Shown: in pieces, positions 10,297-20,653 of the stretch
How positions within the stretch are numbered: the first letter of the stretch is position 1
Layout: every line of letters starts with the position of its first letter
Source of the DNA: a bacterium
GTDB lineage: Bacteria > Zhuqueibacterota > Zhuqueibacteria > Residuimicrobiales > Krinioviventaceae
Assembly (NCBI GenBank): GCA_963693055.1
Contig: OY843751.1
Span: forward strand, 2,720,001 to 2,784,000
Direction of reading: 5' to 3'
DNA length: 64,000 nt
Notes under the pieces: model-generated
What the model saw: the letters and a program-made list of their open reading frames with translations, nothing else
What the model was told of the DNA's origin: nothing
The model's database searches: none
Position numbers and translations under genes: made by a program

Positions 10297-12150
10297 TTGA
10301 CAATTCAAGAAAAACTTGATAATCTGCCGCGCAAACCCGGCGTATATTTGTTTCGTGATAAATTTGGTGAGATTTTGTATATAGGGAAAGCCAAGATATT
10401 GCGCAACAGAGTACGATCCTATTTCCAGGCTGGTAGAAAACCAGAGCCAAAAATCATGCGGCTTGTTGCGCGTATTTCCGATATAGAAACGATTGTAACG
10501 GATTCTGAGGTTGAAGCGCTGATACTTGAAGCGAATCTGGTAAAAGAAAACAAGCCCCGTTACAATATTAATTTAAAAGATGACAAAAGTTTTCCATTCA
10601 TCCGTGTGACAAATGAACCTTATCCCAGGATTTTTCCCACAAGAAAGATTATACAGGATGGTTCAAAGTATTTTGGTCCTTATACGGATGTTTATTCCAT
10701 GCGGACTTTATTAAAAACCGCAAACAAGATTTTTGCTACAAGATCTTGTAATTACAACTTGAATGATTCTGCCATTGAGCAGGGAAAATTCAAATTGTGC
10801 TTGAATTATCATATAAAGCGGTGTTATGGACCTTGCGAAGGATATATCTCTCAGGCAGAATATTCTAAAATCATTACTAATGTTATTGATTTTATTCAAG
10901 GTCACACACAAAAAGTAGAACTGGATCTTAAAAATCGAATTCAGCAATTGTCAGGAGAATTACGATTTGAAGAAGCAGCTCGTTTAAGAGATCAGTTACA
11001 GTCCATTGAAATATTTCAACAGCGTCAAAAGATTGTTGATTCCAGTCATATTGATCGTGATATTTTGGCGGTTGCTGTAGAAAAAAATGATGCATGTTGT
11101 GTTGTTTTCAAGGTACGTGATGGAAAGATTATTGGAAGACAACATTTTTATATTAATGGTGTTAAAGACGAATCTGAACAAACAGTAATTGTTTCATTTA
11201 TGAAGCAGTACTATCTTAACAGTGATTATGTGCCAAAAGAAGTGTATGTTCCAAAAGAATTGGATGATAAAGAAACGCTTACTCATTGGTTGAGTGAAAA
11301 ACGCCAGAATAAAGTAAGAATCATTCATCCGATACGAGGTGATAAAGCTCATTTGTTAAAAATGAGTGCAAAGAATGCCAAATTGCTGCTCGAAGATTTG
11401 AAAATTCAAAAGCAGAAAAAGCGTGATATGGTAGCTGCGGCTGTTAAAGCATTGCAGGAATCATTAAAGCTGCCAAAACCACCCAAGAGAATTGAAGGAT
11501 TTGATATCTCTAACATACAGGGTACTAATCCTGTAGCTTCAATGGTTTGTTTTATAAATGCACAGGCTGCAAAATCAGAATATCGTCGTTTTCGGATTCG
11601 CATTAAAGAATCTCCTGATGATTTTGCCATGATGCATGAAGCTGTTTACCGGAGGTATTCTCGTCTATTAAAAGAAAATAAACCCTTTCCGGATTTGATA
11701 TTGATCGATGGTGGAAAAGGGCAATTGTCAGCAGCAGTTAGTGCACTTGAAGAACTGAATATCAAAGATCAGCCAATTATATCACTGGCAAAGCGGCTTG
11801 AAGAAGTATTTGTACCCGGCATACCGGATGCTCAGCAGATCAAGCGTGATTCAGCTGCGATCAAGTTGTTACAACGCGTGCGAGATGAATCACATCGATT
11901 TGCAGTGACATATCACCGTACTTTGCGTAAAAAACGGACTTTGATCTCTGTGCTGGATGAAATTCCGGGCATTGGAAAGTCGAGGAGACAGTTATTATTA
12001 AAGACATTTGGGTCGCTAAAAAATGTCAAAAATGCTTCGGTTTCAGAGTTGGCCAAAGTTGAGGGAATATCAGATTCCATTGCTAAAGAAATACGTGAAT
12101 TTTTTCATCCCAGTGAAAAAGGGATGGATAGTAATGAAAATAATACTTAA
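10297..12150 (+). CDS. uvrC: Excinuclease ABC subunit C
   Basis: GIY-YIG (PGVYLF..YIGKAK), UVR domain FEEAARLRD, RIEGFDISN, DLILIDGGKGQ, RDESHRFA, HhH. Confidence 0.97.
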   Translation: MTIQEKLDNLPRKPGVYLFRDKFGEILYIGKAKILRNRVRSYFQAGRKPEPKIMRLVARISDIETIVTDSEVEALILEANLVKENKPRYNINLKDDKSFPFIRVTNEPYPRIFPTRKIIQDGSKYFGPYTDVYSMRTLLKTANKIFATRSCNYNLNDSAIEQGKFKLCLNYHIKRCYGPCEGYISQAEYSKIITNVIDFIQGHTQKVELDLKNRIQQLSGELRFEEAARLRDQLQSIEIFQQRQKIVDSSHIDRDILAVAVEKNDACCVVFKVRDGKIIGRQHFYINGVKDESEQTVIVSFMKQYYLNSDYVPKEVYVPKELDDKETLTHWLSEKRQNKVRIIHPIRGDKAHLLKMSAKNAKLLLEDLKIQKQKKRDMVAAAVKALQESLKLPKPPKRIEGFDISNIQGTNPVASMVCFINAQAAKSEYRRFRIRIKESPDDFAMMHEAVYRRYSRLLKENKPFPDLILIDGGKGQLSAAVSALEELNIKDQPIISLAKRLEEVFVPGIPDAQQIKRDSAAIKLLQRVRDESHRFAVTYHRTLRKKRTLISVLDEIPGIGKSRRQLLLKTFGSLKNVKNASVSELAKVEGISDSIAKEIREFFHPSEKGMDSNENNT

Positions 12151-12176
12151 TTACTATATAAATAGGGAGCACAACC

Positions 12177-13436
12177 ATGTCTGAAAAGATTAACAAAGTG
12201 GTCCTGGCCTATTCAGGCGGATTGGACACATCCATTATTATTCCCTGGTTAAAGGATAACTATGGCTGCGAAGTTGTCGCTTTTGCGGCAGATTTAGGAC
12301 AATGTGAAGAATTGGACGGACTAGAAGAAAAAGCCATCGCTACTGGTGCAAGTAAATGTTATATTGAAGATTTGCGTAAACCATTTATTGAAGAATATAT
12401 CTGGCCAACTTTGAAAGCCGGTGCCATATATGAAGGTAAATACCTGTTGGGTACATCCTTTGCACGCCCCATAATTGCCAAACGTCAGGTTGAAATTGCT
12501 GTTGCAGAAGGCGCAGATGCTGTTGCACATGGTTGTACTGGTAAGGGCAATGATCAGGTCCGTTTTGAGCTGACTTTTAAAGCTTTTAATCCCAAATTGC
12601 AGGTAATTGCACCCTGGCGTGAATGGGATATTCGTTCTCGTGAAGAAGCTATTGCCTATGCGAAAGAAAAACAAATCCCAATCACCGCAACAAAAGAAAA
12701 GATTTATAGTAATGACCGGAACATCTGGCATATTAGCCATGAAGGTGGCGATCTTGAAGATCCCTGGAATGGACCCAAAGATGAAATGTTTGTTTTAACC
12801 AATTCTCCACTGGAAGCACCGGATAAAGAAGAGATGGTAGAGATTGAATTTGATAAAGGAGTGCCAGTAGCTGTTAATGGTGATCGACTGGGTTCTGTTC
12901 CATTGGTTCAAGAATTGAATAAAATTGGTGGTAAACATGCTATTGGACGAGTTGATCTTGTAGAAAACCGCCTGGTGGGAATGAAATCTCGCGGTGTTTA
13001 TGAAACACCAGCCGGATCAATCCTGTATCGCGCACATATGGAGCTTGAAAGCCTGATTTTGGATAAAGATACCATGCATTTCAAAAATATGCTTGCTCCC
13101 AAATATGCTGAATTGGTATATAACGGACAATGGTTTACTCCTTTACGTGAAGCATTGGATGCGTTTGTAGAAAAAACCCAGGAATATGTTTCCGGTACGG
13201 TTCGATTCAGACTGTATAAGGGAAATATAATTTCTGCAGGTGTAAAATCTCCATATTCTCTTTACAGAGAAGAGCTTGCTACTTTTGGTGAAGAAGATGT
13301 TTATGATCAAATGGATGCCAAAGGATTTATTAACCTTTTTGGTCTGCCACTCAAAGTCCGTTCTCTGGTAGAGTTGGATTGGGGTAAAAAACCCAAATAC
13401 GAAGAACCCGATTATAGCATATTCAAGAGGGATTAA
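12177..13436 (+). CDS. argG: Argininosuccinate synthase
   Basis: [40 protein letters not shown]. Confidence 0.98.
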   Translation: MSEKINKVVLAYSGGLDTSIIIPWLKDNYGCEVVAFAADLGQCEELDGLEEKAIATGASKCYIEDLRKPFIEEYIWPTLKAGAIYEGKYLLGTSFARPIIAKRQVEIAVAEGADAVAHGCTGKGNDQVRFELTFKAFNPKLQVIAPWREWDIRSREEAIAYAKEKQIPITATKEKIYSNDRNIWHISHEGGDLEDPWNGPKDEMFVLTNSPLEAPDKEEMVEIEFDKGVPVAVNGDRLGSVPLVQELNKIGGKHAIGRVDLVENRLVGMKSRGVYETPAGSILYRAHMELESLILDKDTMHFKNMLAPKYAELVYNGQWFTPLREALDAFVEKTQEYVSGTVRFRLYKGNIISAGVKSPYSLYREELATFGEEDVYDQMDAKGFINLFGLPLKVRSLVELDWGKKPKYEEPDYSIFKRD

Positions 13437-13437
13437 T

Positions 13438-14817
13438 ATGTCTTCTGATCCAAAGATATGGAGTGGACGATTTTCACAGGGTACTGAATCCATTATGGAG
13501 GAATTCAGTACCTCTATCCATTTTGATAAAGCAATGTTTGATGCAGATATTAAAGTAAACAAAGCCTGGGCCAAAGCATTGGTCCAGGTAAATGTTTACA
13601 GTGAGGATGATGCTGAACTGGTTTGCAGTACACTTGACGATATTCACAAAGATTATCATGATGGCAAGCTTGAATTTGCTCGTACCGATGAAGATATTCA
13701 TTCCGCAAATGAAAGATGGTTGACTGAACGACTGGGTGATATTGGAGCCCGCATTCATACCGGCCGAAGCCGCAATGATCAAGTTATCACTGATTTACGC
13801 ATATATCTGCGTGATCAAATTTCTGATCTTGACACTGCTATCTTGTTGCTACAAAGGGAGTTAGTGGTTTTATCTGAGGTGAATATTGAGACTGTTTTTG
13901 CGGGTCAAACGCATTTACGTCAGGCCCAGCCTGTTTCGCTTGCTCACTATCTTTTAGCGCTGTTTTTTCAAATGCAACGCAATCGTGAACGGTTGTCTGA
14001 TTATAAAAAGCGATTAAATAAAATGCCGCTGGGCTCTGGTGCAATTGCCGGCGCCGCATTTGAAATTGACAGAAAAAGTCTTGCAGAGGCATTACAATTT
14101 GACTCGCCTACAGAAAACAGTTACGATGCTACATCAGATCGTGATTTTGTACTTGAATTGCTTAATATCTGTACACAAACCATGCTGCATTTATCACGAA
14201 TGGCTGAGGATTTTATTATTTGGTCATCTGAATCTTTTGGCTTGCTCGAGATTGGGGAACAATTTTCAACAGGAAGCAGCATGATGCCACAAAAGAAAAA
14301 TCCTGATTCGTTAGAATTGATTCGTGGCAAATGTGCGCGAATTATTGGTAATCAGGTTACGGGATTAACTATGATGAAAGGAATTCCCACTGCTTATGTA
14401 AGGGATTTACAGGAAGATAAGGAACCTGTATTTGACTCATTACACCAGACAATTCAATGTATTTTAATCAGTAAAGGTGTGTTTGAAACGCTAACGGTGA
14501 ATTCAGAGCGCATGCTAAATAATCTTGATCCTGCATTGTATGCAACAGATTTGGCTGATTATCTTGTAAAAAAGGGAATTCCATTTAGAAAAGCTCATTC
14601 TATTGTAGGCTCTGTTGTGGCTCGTTCTGAAAAAGACAACATTCCCTTTAATGAACTTGAAATTAATATCTATAAAGAATATTCTCAGGAATTTGATTCT
14701 GATCTTTATAATTTGTTTAACCCCCTAAGTGCTATCAATAAAAGAAATATTGAAGGAGGTACAGGAACCAAATCTATCAAGCATCAAATTGATTTGGCAA
14801 AATCTTTTATTGTATAA
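13438..14817 (+). CDS. argH: Argininosuccinate lyase
   Basis: WSGRF, EDIH, HTGRSRNDQ, TGSSMMPQKKNPD, DLQEDKE. Confidence 0.97.
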   Translation: MSSDPKIWSGRFSQGTESIMEEFSTSIHFDKAMFDADIKVNKAWAKALVQVNVYSEDDAELVCSTLDDIHKDYHDGKLEFARTDEDIHSANERWLTERLGDIGARIHTGRSRNDQVITDLRIYLRDQISDLDTAILLLQRELVVLSEVNIETVFAGQTHLRQAQPVSLAHYLLALFFQMQRNRERLSDYKKRLNKMPLGSGAIAGAAFEIDRKSLAEALQFDSPTENSYDATSDRDFVLELLNICTQTMLHLSRMAEDFIIWSSESFGLLEIGEQFSTGSSMMPQKKNPDSLELIRGKCARIIGNQVTGLTMMKGIPTAYVRDLQEDKEPVFDSLHQTIQCILISKGVFETLTVNSERMLNNLDPALYATDLADYLVKKGIPFRKAHSIVGSVVARSEKDNIPFNELEINIYKEYSQEFDSDLYNLFNPLSAINKRNIEGGTGTKSIKHQIDLAKSFIV

Positions 14818-14944
14818 GTAATGTAGATTCCATCAGTTTCACTCAATTTTCAAATATCGAGCGAAAATTACATTATTTTACATGTTAAACTGTTTTGGAA
14901 TCCTTACATTGTATAATTGTATGATAAACAGTGGAGTTTTCAAC

Positions 14945-16165
14945 ATGAAACGCTGCAATATTTTCGTACTTTTACTCTTTTTATCTTTTCAACCTGTCTT
15001 TTCTGAAATTTTATCCCAATGGCGCGGTCCGGGACGCGATGGAATATACCCGGAAACCGGTTTATTGAATCAATGGCCTGATGCAGGACCCAAATTAATT
15101 TGGGAATTTGAAGGTGTTGGTAATGGCTTTTCCTCTCCCGCGGTAACACCTGATCGGGTTTATGTGTTGGGTGAAATCGATAAAACCGGCTATCTGCATG
15201 CGTTTGATCATCAGGGTAATTTGGTGTGGAAAAAAGCATATGGACCTTCATGGACCAAGAGCTATCCTGGTTCACGTTCAATTCCAACAGTTACAGATGG
15301 TAAAATCTATTTTACAACCAGCTTGGGAGTTATATATTGTCTCAGTGCTGAGGATGGCAAAACACTTTGGTCGCTGGATTTTTTAAAACAATTCAACGGT
15401 GAAAATTTAATGTGGGGAGTAGCAGAATCGCCCCTGGTTTACGATAATAAAGTGATTGTTACACCCGGTGGGAACAAAGCCCTGGTTGCTGCATTAGATA
15501 AAAATACAGGTAAAACATTATGGACTTGTACCGATTTAGTTGAAAATTCAGCCTATTGTTCTCCTGTACTTGTTACACATAATGGGCAACGCACGATTTT
15601 GACCATGACAGAATCCTCTGTAATAAGCCTGAATCCGGATACGGGCAAGTTAAACTGGCGTCAGGAACATAAAACAAAATGGGATATAAATCCCAACACA
15701 CCGTATTATTTTGATGGTAAAGTGATTACCAGTAGTGGTTATGGAACAACAGGAACCAATTTATTCAAAATTGCTTCGGATGGTAAAAGTGCAGAACTGG
15801 TTTGGAATAATGAAGAGTTGGATAGTCAAATTGGTGCATTTGTTGTGGTAGGTGGTTATATGTACGGTTCCGGACATGATAACAGTAATTGGCAGTGTAT
15901 AGATATTGCAACCGGAAAAACCATGTATGAATCTGATCTCTTGCGAAAAAAAGGCAACATCGTATGTGCCGATGGTATGTTGTATTGTTATGATGAAACA
16001 GGGCAAGTAGCATTGGTAAAACCAAATCCACAAAAATTTGATCTGATCAGTCAATTTGAAATTACAAAAGGCAAAGATCAGCATTGGACTCATATTGTAA
16101 TTAAAAACAAGCGCATGTATATAAGACATGGAAATGCGCTAATGGTATATGATATAAGGAAATAA
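14945..16165 (+). CDS. Exported PQQ-like (BamB-type) beta-propeller protein 1
   Basis: RBS GGAG before ATG 14945; signal peptide; QWRGPGRDG; repeated A.D..TGK..W motifs. Confidence 0.85.
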   Translation: MKRCNIFVLLLFLSFQPVFSEILSQWRGPGRDGIYPETGLLNQWPDAGPKLIWEFEGVGNGFSSPAVTPDRVYVLGEIDKTGYLHAFDHQGNLVWKKAYGPSWTKSYPGSRSIPTVTDGKIYFTTSLGVIYCLSAEDGKTLWSLDFLKQFNGENLMWGVAESPLVYDNKVIVTPGGNKALVAALDKNTGKTLWTCTDLVENSAYCSPVLVTHNGQRTILTMTESSVISLNPDTGKLNWRQEHKTKWDINPNTPYYFDGKVITSSGYGTTGTNLFKIASDGKSAELVWNNEELDSQIGAFVVVGGYMYGSGHDNSNWQCIDIATGKTMYESDLLRKKGNIVCADGMLYCYDETGQVALVKPNPQKFDLISQFEITKGKDQHWTHIVIKNKRMYIRHGNALMVYDIRK

Positions 16166-16179
16166 TATAAAGGGATGTT

Positions 16180-17436
16180 ATGAAAAGTTTTAATCGAATG
16201 GTAAGGACTAGTCTCATTTTAATTTTACTCCTCCTGTCAGGCGTTGTATTGGCTGATACCTGGGCAGAATTCAGGGGTAATAATCGGGATGGCGTTTCTA
16301 CTGAAACTGGCTTGTTAAAATCATGGCCTGCTAACGGACCCAAATTGTTGTGGAAAGTCACTGGCTTGGGTGATGGATATTCCTCTGCTGTAATTGCAAA
16401 CAATACGGTATATGTTACAGGTGCTACAGACAAGAAAGAATATTTATATGCTTTTGATTTAGCGGGTAAACTGAAATGGAAACAACAGTACGGTGATGTA
16501 TGGTATCGCTCTTATCCTGATCCACGTACCTCACCTACGTTCAATGGAAACCGGTTGTATGTTGTAAGCGGTATGGGGCAGGTTGTAAGTCTTGACGCTG
16601 CAACAGGCAAAGTTCTTTGGACTATTGATATGATCAAAACCTTTAATGGAGAATTTCATCGTTGGGGTATATCAGAGTCTCCGGTTGTAGATGATAAATA
16701 TGTTTATTGTACCCCAGGTGGACCGGATGCAACAATGGCTGCTTTGGACAAAAATACCGGCAAAACCATTTGGGTAACCAAAGGTTTATCTGATGTAAGT
16801 AACTATTGTTCACCTCTAATGATTAAACGAGGTGGTAAAAATATATTAATGACCCAAGTGGAAAATCATTTTATTGGTGTAGATGCAGCGAATGGCAAAT
16901 TACTCTGGAAGGTTGTTGTAAAAGATTTGTGGCCGAAAAATAAATCCATCAATATTAATACACCCCTGTATAAAGACGGTCAGGTTTTTATAACTGCTGG
17001 TTATAATTCTGGCAGTGCCATGTTTGAATTGTCTGCAGATGGTGCCAGCATTAAAACGCTTTGGGTAGATACCACTTTGGATGTTCACCATGGCGGCGTT
17101 GTTACGGTTGATGGATATATTTATGGTTCAAACTGGTTAAACAATAATAGCGGAAATTGGGTGTGTTTGGATTGGAAAACCGGTAAGGTTATGTATGAAA
17201 CGGAATGGATTAACAAAGGCGCCATAATCTATGCTGATGGGATGCTTTATGTTTATGAAGAAAAAGATGGTACTGTCGGAATAGCCAAAGCAACCCCTGA
17301 TGGATTTAATGTTGTCAGCTCTTTTGAATTTACTGAAGGTGGTGGTCCCAATTGGGCACATCCCAGCATTTCAAATGGTGTTTTATATATGAGACATGGC
17401 GATGTATTGCATGCTTACAATATAAAAGCGAAATAA
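16180..17436 (+). CDS. Exported PQQ-like beta-propeller protein 2 (paralog of previous gene)
   Basis: Signal peptide VLA-D; WAEFRGNNRDG; colinear motifs ESP, YCSP, NTP, ADGMLY, RHG. Confidence 0.85.
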   Translation: MKSFNRMVRTSLILILLLLSGVVLADTWAEFRGNNRDGVSTETGLLKSWPANGPKLLWKVTGLGDGYSSAVIANNTVYVTGATDKKEYLYAFDLAGKLKWKQQYGDVWYRSYPDPRTSPTFNGNRLYVVSGMGQVVSLDAATGKVLWTIDMIKTFNGEFHRWGISESPVVDDKYVYCTPGGPDATMAALDKNTGKTIWVTKGLSDVSNYCSPLMIKRGGKNILMTQVENHFIGVDAANGKLLWKVVVKDLWPKNKSININTPLYKDGQVFITAGYNSGSAMFELSADGASIKTLWVDTTLDVHHGGVVTVDGYIYGSNWLNNNSGNWVCLDWKTGKVMYETEWINKGAIIYADGMLYVYEEKDGTVGIAKATPDGFNVVSSFEFTEGGGPNWAHPSISNGVLYMRHGDVLHAYNIKAK

Positions 17437-17441
17437 ATTTT

Positions 17442-18857
17442 ATGAAGCAGTTTTCTTTACAAATACTCGTTACTATTGTCCTGATTTCTACTGCGTTTGC
17501 TGGATTCGCATGGTGGTTGTTTAGTGATCCTACTGCAGAATTTTCTGTGAATTTACCCGGAATGGATAATCGCCCGGCTAATCTCAAAAGTGCTGCTTCC
17601 ATGGTTGAAATTGGAGAATTTTACCAATGGTATGATTCTTTAAAAACCGATCTTGCCGGAAAATGGCCCCGGTTCCGCGGCAGCAATTTTGATAACAAGA
17701 GCACTATGCAGGTTGATGTGGATTGGGGTGATCAGGGACCTCAAATCTCCTGGTCAGTTGACTTGGGTGAGGGACATGCAGCTCCGGCAATTTATAACGG
17801 CAAAGTATATCTGTTGGATTATGATGAAGCTGAACGGACAGATGTTCTAAGATGTTTTTCTCTTAAGGATGGTACCGAGTTGTGGCGACGTTGGTATAAG
17901 AATCCCTTAAAACGTAATCACGGCATGTCTCGTACTATTCCCGCAGTAAATGATAAATATGTTGTAACAATCGGGCCCAATTGTCATGTAATGTGTGTAG
18001 ATGCTGATTCCGGTAGCTTCCGATGGGGAATAAATCTTGTTGACGAGTACGATACCAAAGTTCCGCTGTGGTATACCGGTCAATGTCCACTACTGGAAGA
18101 CTCTATTGCTGTAATTGCGCCTGGTGGCAAAGATCTTGTTATTGGTGTGGACTGTGATAGTGGAAATGTTGTCTGGCGAACTCCGAATCCTAATAATTGG
18201 GGCATGTCTCATTCTTCAATCATGCCTATGATCTTTAACGATAAAAAAATGTATGTCTATTGTGCGTTTGGTGGTATTGTTGGAATTTCAGCAGAGGAGG
18301 AGGACAAGGGAACAATTCTTTGGGAATCCTCTGAATGGAATCCTAATGTTATTGCACCATCGCCTGTGATTTTACCAGATGGACGGATATTTGTTACTGC
18401 CGGATATGGCGCAGGCTCTATGATGTTTCAGCTTGCATACGAAAATGGAGAATATCATTTAAACTCGCTGGACAAGCTTACCCCAAAAGATGGACTTGCT
18501 TCCGAGCAACAAACTCCTATATTATATGATGGGCACTTGTTTTGTGTGCTGCCCAAAGATGCTGGTCCGGATCGCAATCAACTGGTTTGTGTTGATCCTG
18601 ATGATGTGCGATCATTTGTCTGGACTAGTGGCAAAACCACGCGCTTTGGATTAGGCCCATTTATCTTGCTGGATGATAAATTTTTTGTTCTCAGTGATGA
18701 AGGCGAGCTGACTGTATTAAAAGCGAGTGTGCAATCTTATAAGGAAATTGCTAAAGCAAAAATTCTGGACGGACACGATGCATGGGGTCCCATAGCTGTA
18801 GCTGATCACCGCATGTTATGTCGTGATTCCAAAAAACTGGTTTGTATTGAATTATAG
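17442..18857 (+). CDS. Membrane-anchored PQQ-like beta-propeller protein 3
   Basis: N-terminal TM; WPRFRG; propeller repeats; start ATG 17442 after upstream stop. Confidence 0.8.
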   Translation: MKQFSLQILVTIVLISTAFAGFAWWLFSDPTAEFSVNLPGMDNRPANLKSAASMVEIGEFYQWYDSLKTDLAGKWPRFRGSNFDNKSTMQVDVDWGDQGPQISWSVDLGEGHAAPAIYNGKVYLLDYDEAERTDVLRCFSLKDGTELWRRWYKNPLKRNHGMSRTIPAVNDKYVVTIGPNCHVMCVDADSGSFRWGINLVDEYDTKVPLWYTGQCPLLEDSIAVIAPGGKDLVIGVDCDSGNVVWRTPNPNNWGMSHSSIMPMIFNDKKMYVYCAFGGIVGISAEEEDKGTILWESSEWNPNVIAPSPVILPDGRIFVTAGYGAGSMMFQLAYENGEYHLNSLDKLTPKDGLASEQQTPILYDGHLFCVLPKDAGPDRNQLVCVDPDDVRSFVWTSGKTTRFGLGPFILLDDKFFVLSDEGELTVLKASVQSYKEIAKAKILDGHDAWGPIAVADHRMLCRDSKKLVCIEL

Positions 18858-18864
18858 GTTAATC

Positions 18865-19845
18865 ATGAAACCCAAATCCATACAAAACTTGATTACTACT
18901 TTGATTGTTATTGGTATTATATTAATAATTACCATTGTAGGTTATCGTTCTCTTGCGTTTAAACCGGGTCCTGATACATCAGAAAATCCATACGAATACA
19001 ATATTGATAAATTCAAACACGTTCCGGAGAATTTAAAACATTACCAGGAATTAAAACCCATATCTGCAAGTAACATCAAAGCTATTGCAACAGACATTCA
19101 GAATCAACTTTATATAGTTCAAGACGAATCCCTAATTTTATACTCTAATGCAGGTAAAAGATTGTCTATTTTTGATGTGCCTGCTCAGGTACAATGCATA
19201 ACTGTGGATTCACAGGGCAAAATCTATCTGGGTGTTCATGATCATGTCCAGGTTCTAGACAATGATGGGCGTTCAGTAATGAGTATTGATGCATTTGACA
19301 GAAACTCTATTGTAACCTCTGTTGCTGTAACTCCCGAGTTTATCTATATAGCCGATGCAGGCCCCCAACGTGTATTACAATACAATCATAGAGGGCAACT
19401 GGTGAATACTATTGGGGGTAAAGATGATGCCAAAGATATACCGGGTTTACTCATCCCAAGTCCCTATTTCGATGTTGCTATTGATCCTGATGGATTTTTA
19501 TGGGTTGCTAATCCTGGTAGGACTCAACTGGAGAATTACACCCCTGAAGGTAATCTAAGGTCCTTTTGGGGACTATCCGGCATGGATTTGGAAGGATTCA
19601 GTGGGTGTTGTAATCCTTCTCATTTTGCTATTTTATCAGACGGCTCTTTTGTTACCAGCGAAAAGGGGTTAGCACGTATCAAGATACATGATAGAACCGG
19701 CAAGCTTGTTTCTGTTGTTGCCGGTCCTAAAATGTTTAATAATAATCCTGGAGTGATGGATATAGCTGTTGATTCCAAAGGTCGCATATATATTGCAGAC
19801 CCCAAGCGCAACCAGGTACGTATTTTTGAAAAAAGTCAGGTGTAA
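18865..19845 (+). CDS. Membrane-anchored NHL-repeat beta-propeller protein
   Basis: N-terminal TM; repeats VDSQGKIY, IYIADAG, DIAVDSKGRIYIAD; GCCNPSH motif. Confidence 0.8.
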   Translation: MKPKSIQNLITTLIVIGIILIITIVGYRSLAFKPGPDTSENPYEYNIDKFKHVPENLKHYQELKPISASNIKAIATDIQNQLYIVQDESLILYSNAGKRLSIFDVPAQVQCITVDSQGKIYLGVHDHVQVLDNDGRSVMSIDAFDRNSIVTSVAVTPEFIYIADAGPQRVLQYNHRGQLVNTIGGKDDAKDIPGLLIPSPYFDVAIDPDGFLWVANPGRTQLENYTPEGNLRSFWGLSGMDLEGFSGCCNPSHFAILSDGSFVTSEKGLARIKIHDRTGKLVSVVAGPKMFNNNPGVMDIAVDSKGRIYIADPKRNQVRIFEKSQV

Positions 19846-19847
19846 AC

Positions 19848-20048
19848 ATGCTCAATCGTCGTCAATGGCTGAATAATATTTTCAGATATGGCTTACTCGC
19901 ATTGATAAGCGGTACATCCGTTTACCTAAGTGCAAGAGATCGCAAAGACAGTTATACGTTAGATTGTAATGGTGTCTGTAAATCGTGTGATTCTGCTTCA
20001 AACTGTGATCTTGTTGCTAAAGAAAATGTATCATCAACTCTAAAGTAA
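19848..20048 (+). CDS. Small twin-arginine/TM protein with a four-Cys motif
   Basis: NRRQWL plus hydrophobic helix, then Cx3Cx2Cx5C; fills the gap between neighbours with 2-nt spacers. Confidence 0.7.
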   Translation: MLNRRQWLNNIFRYGLLALISGTSVYLSARDRKDSYTLDCNGVCKSCDSASNCDLVAKENVSSTLK

Positions 20049-20050
20049 AT

Positions 20051-20653
20051 ATGAATATTAAAGAGAATAAACCGGTAAATCGCAGACAGTTTATTAAAAA
20101 CGGACTGCATACGTCTGCTGCTATCAGTATTGGCGGTTTTGCAGGATACGCAATGCAGCGCTCATCCAAATCAGATATGGTTTGGCAGATTGATCCTGAA
20201 AAATGTATACAGTGTGAGAATTGTGCTACCCAATGTGTTCTTGCTCCATCTGCTGTCAAATGTGTACATGCATATGCAATGTGTGGTTACTGTGATTTAT
20301 GCGGTGGCTATCATCGTCCCGGAACCAAAAGACTGGACACTGCTGCAGAAAGTCAACTTTGCCCCACAGGCGCTATACAACGTAAATTCATTGAAGATCC
20401 CTATTTTGAATATAGAATTGATGAAGAGCTCTGTATCGGTTGCGCAAAATGTGTAAAGGGATGTGGTTCATTTGGAAACGGATCACTTTTTTTACAGGTA
20501 CGTCATAATATCTGTGTAAACTGCAACGAATGTGCAATAGCCAAAGCATGCCCGGCCGATGCGTTTGTCCGAGTACCTGCTGATAGCCCATATTTATTCC
20601 GCGGTGAATTCAAATCCATACAATTGAATGAAGGAAGCGGGGAAGAGGCATAG
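20051..20653 (+). CDS. Tat-signal polyferredoxin (NapG/MauM-like)
   Basis: NRRQFIK signal; CIQCENC, CGYCDLC, CIGCAKC, CVNCNEC and CP motifs. Confidence 0.85.
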   Translation: MNIKENKPVNRRQFIKNGLHTSAAISIGGFAGYAMQRSSKSDMVWQIDPEKCIQCENCATQCVLAPSAVKCVHAYAMCGYCDLCGGYHRPGTKRLDTAAESQLCPTGAIQRKFIEDPYFEYRIDEELCIGCAKCVKGCGSFGNGSLFLQVRHNICVNCNECAIAKACPADAFVRVPADSPYLFRGEFKSIQLNEGSGEEA

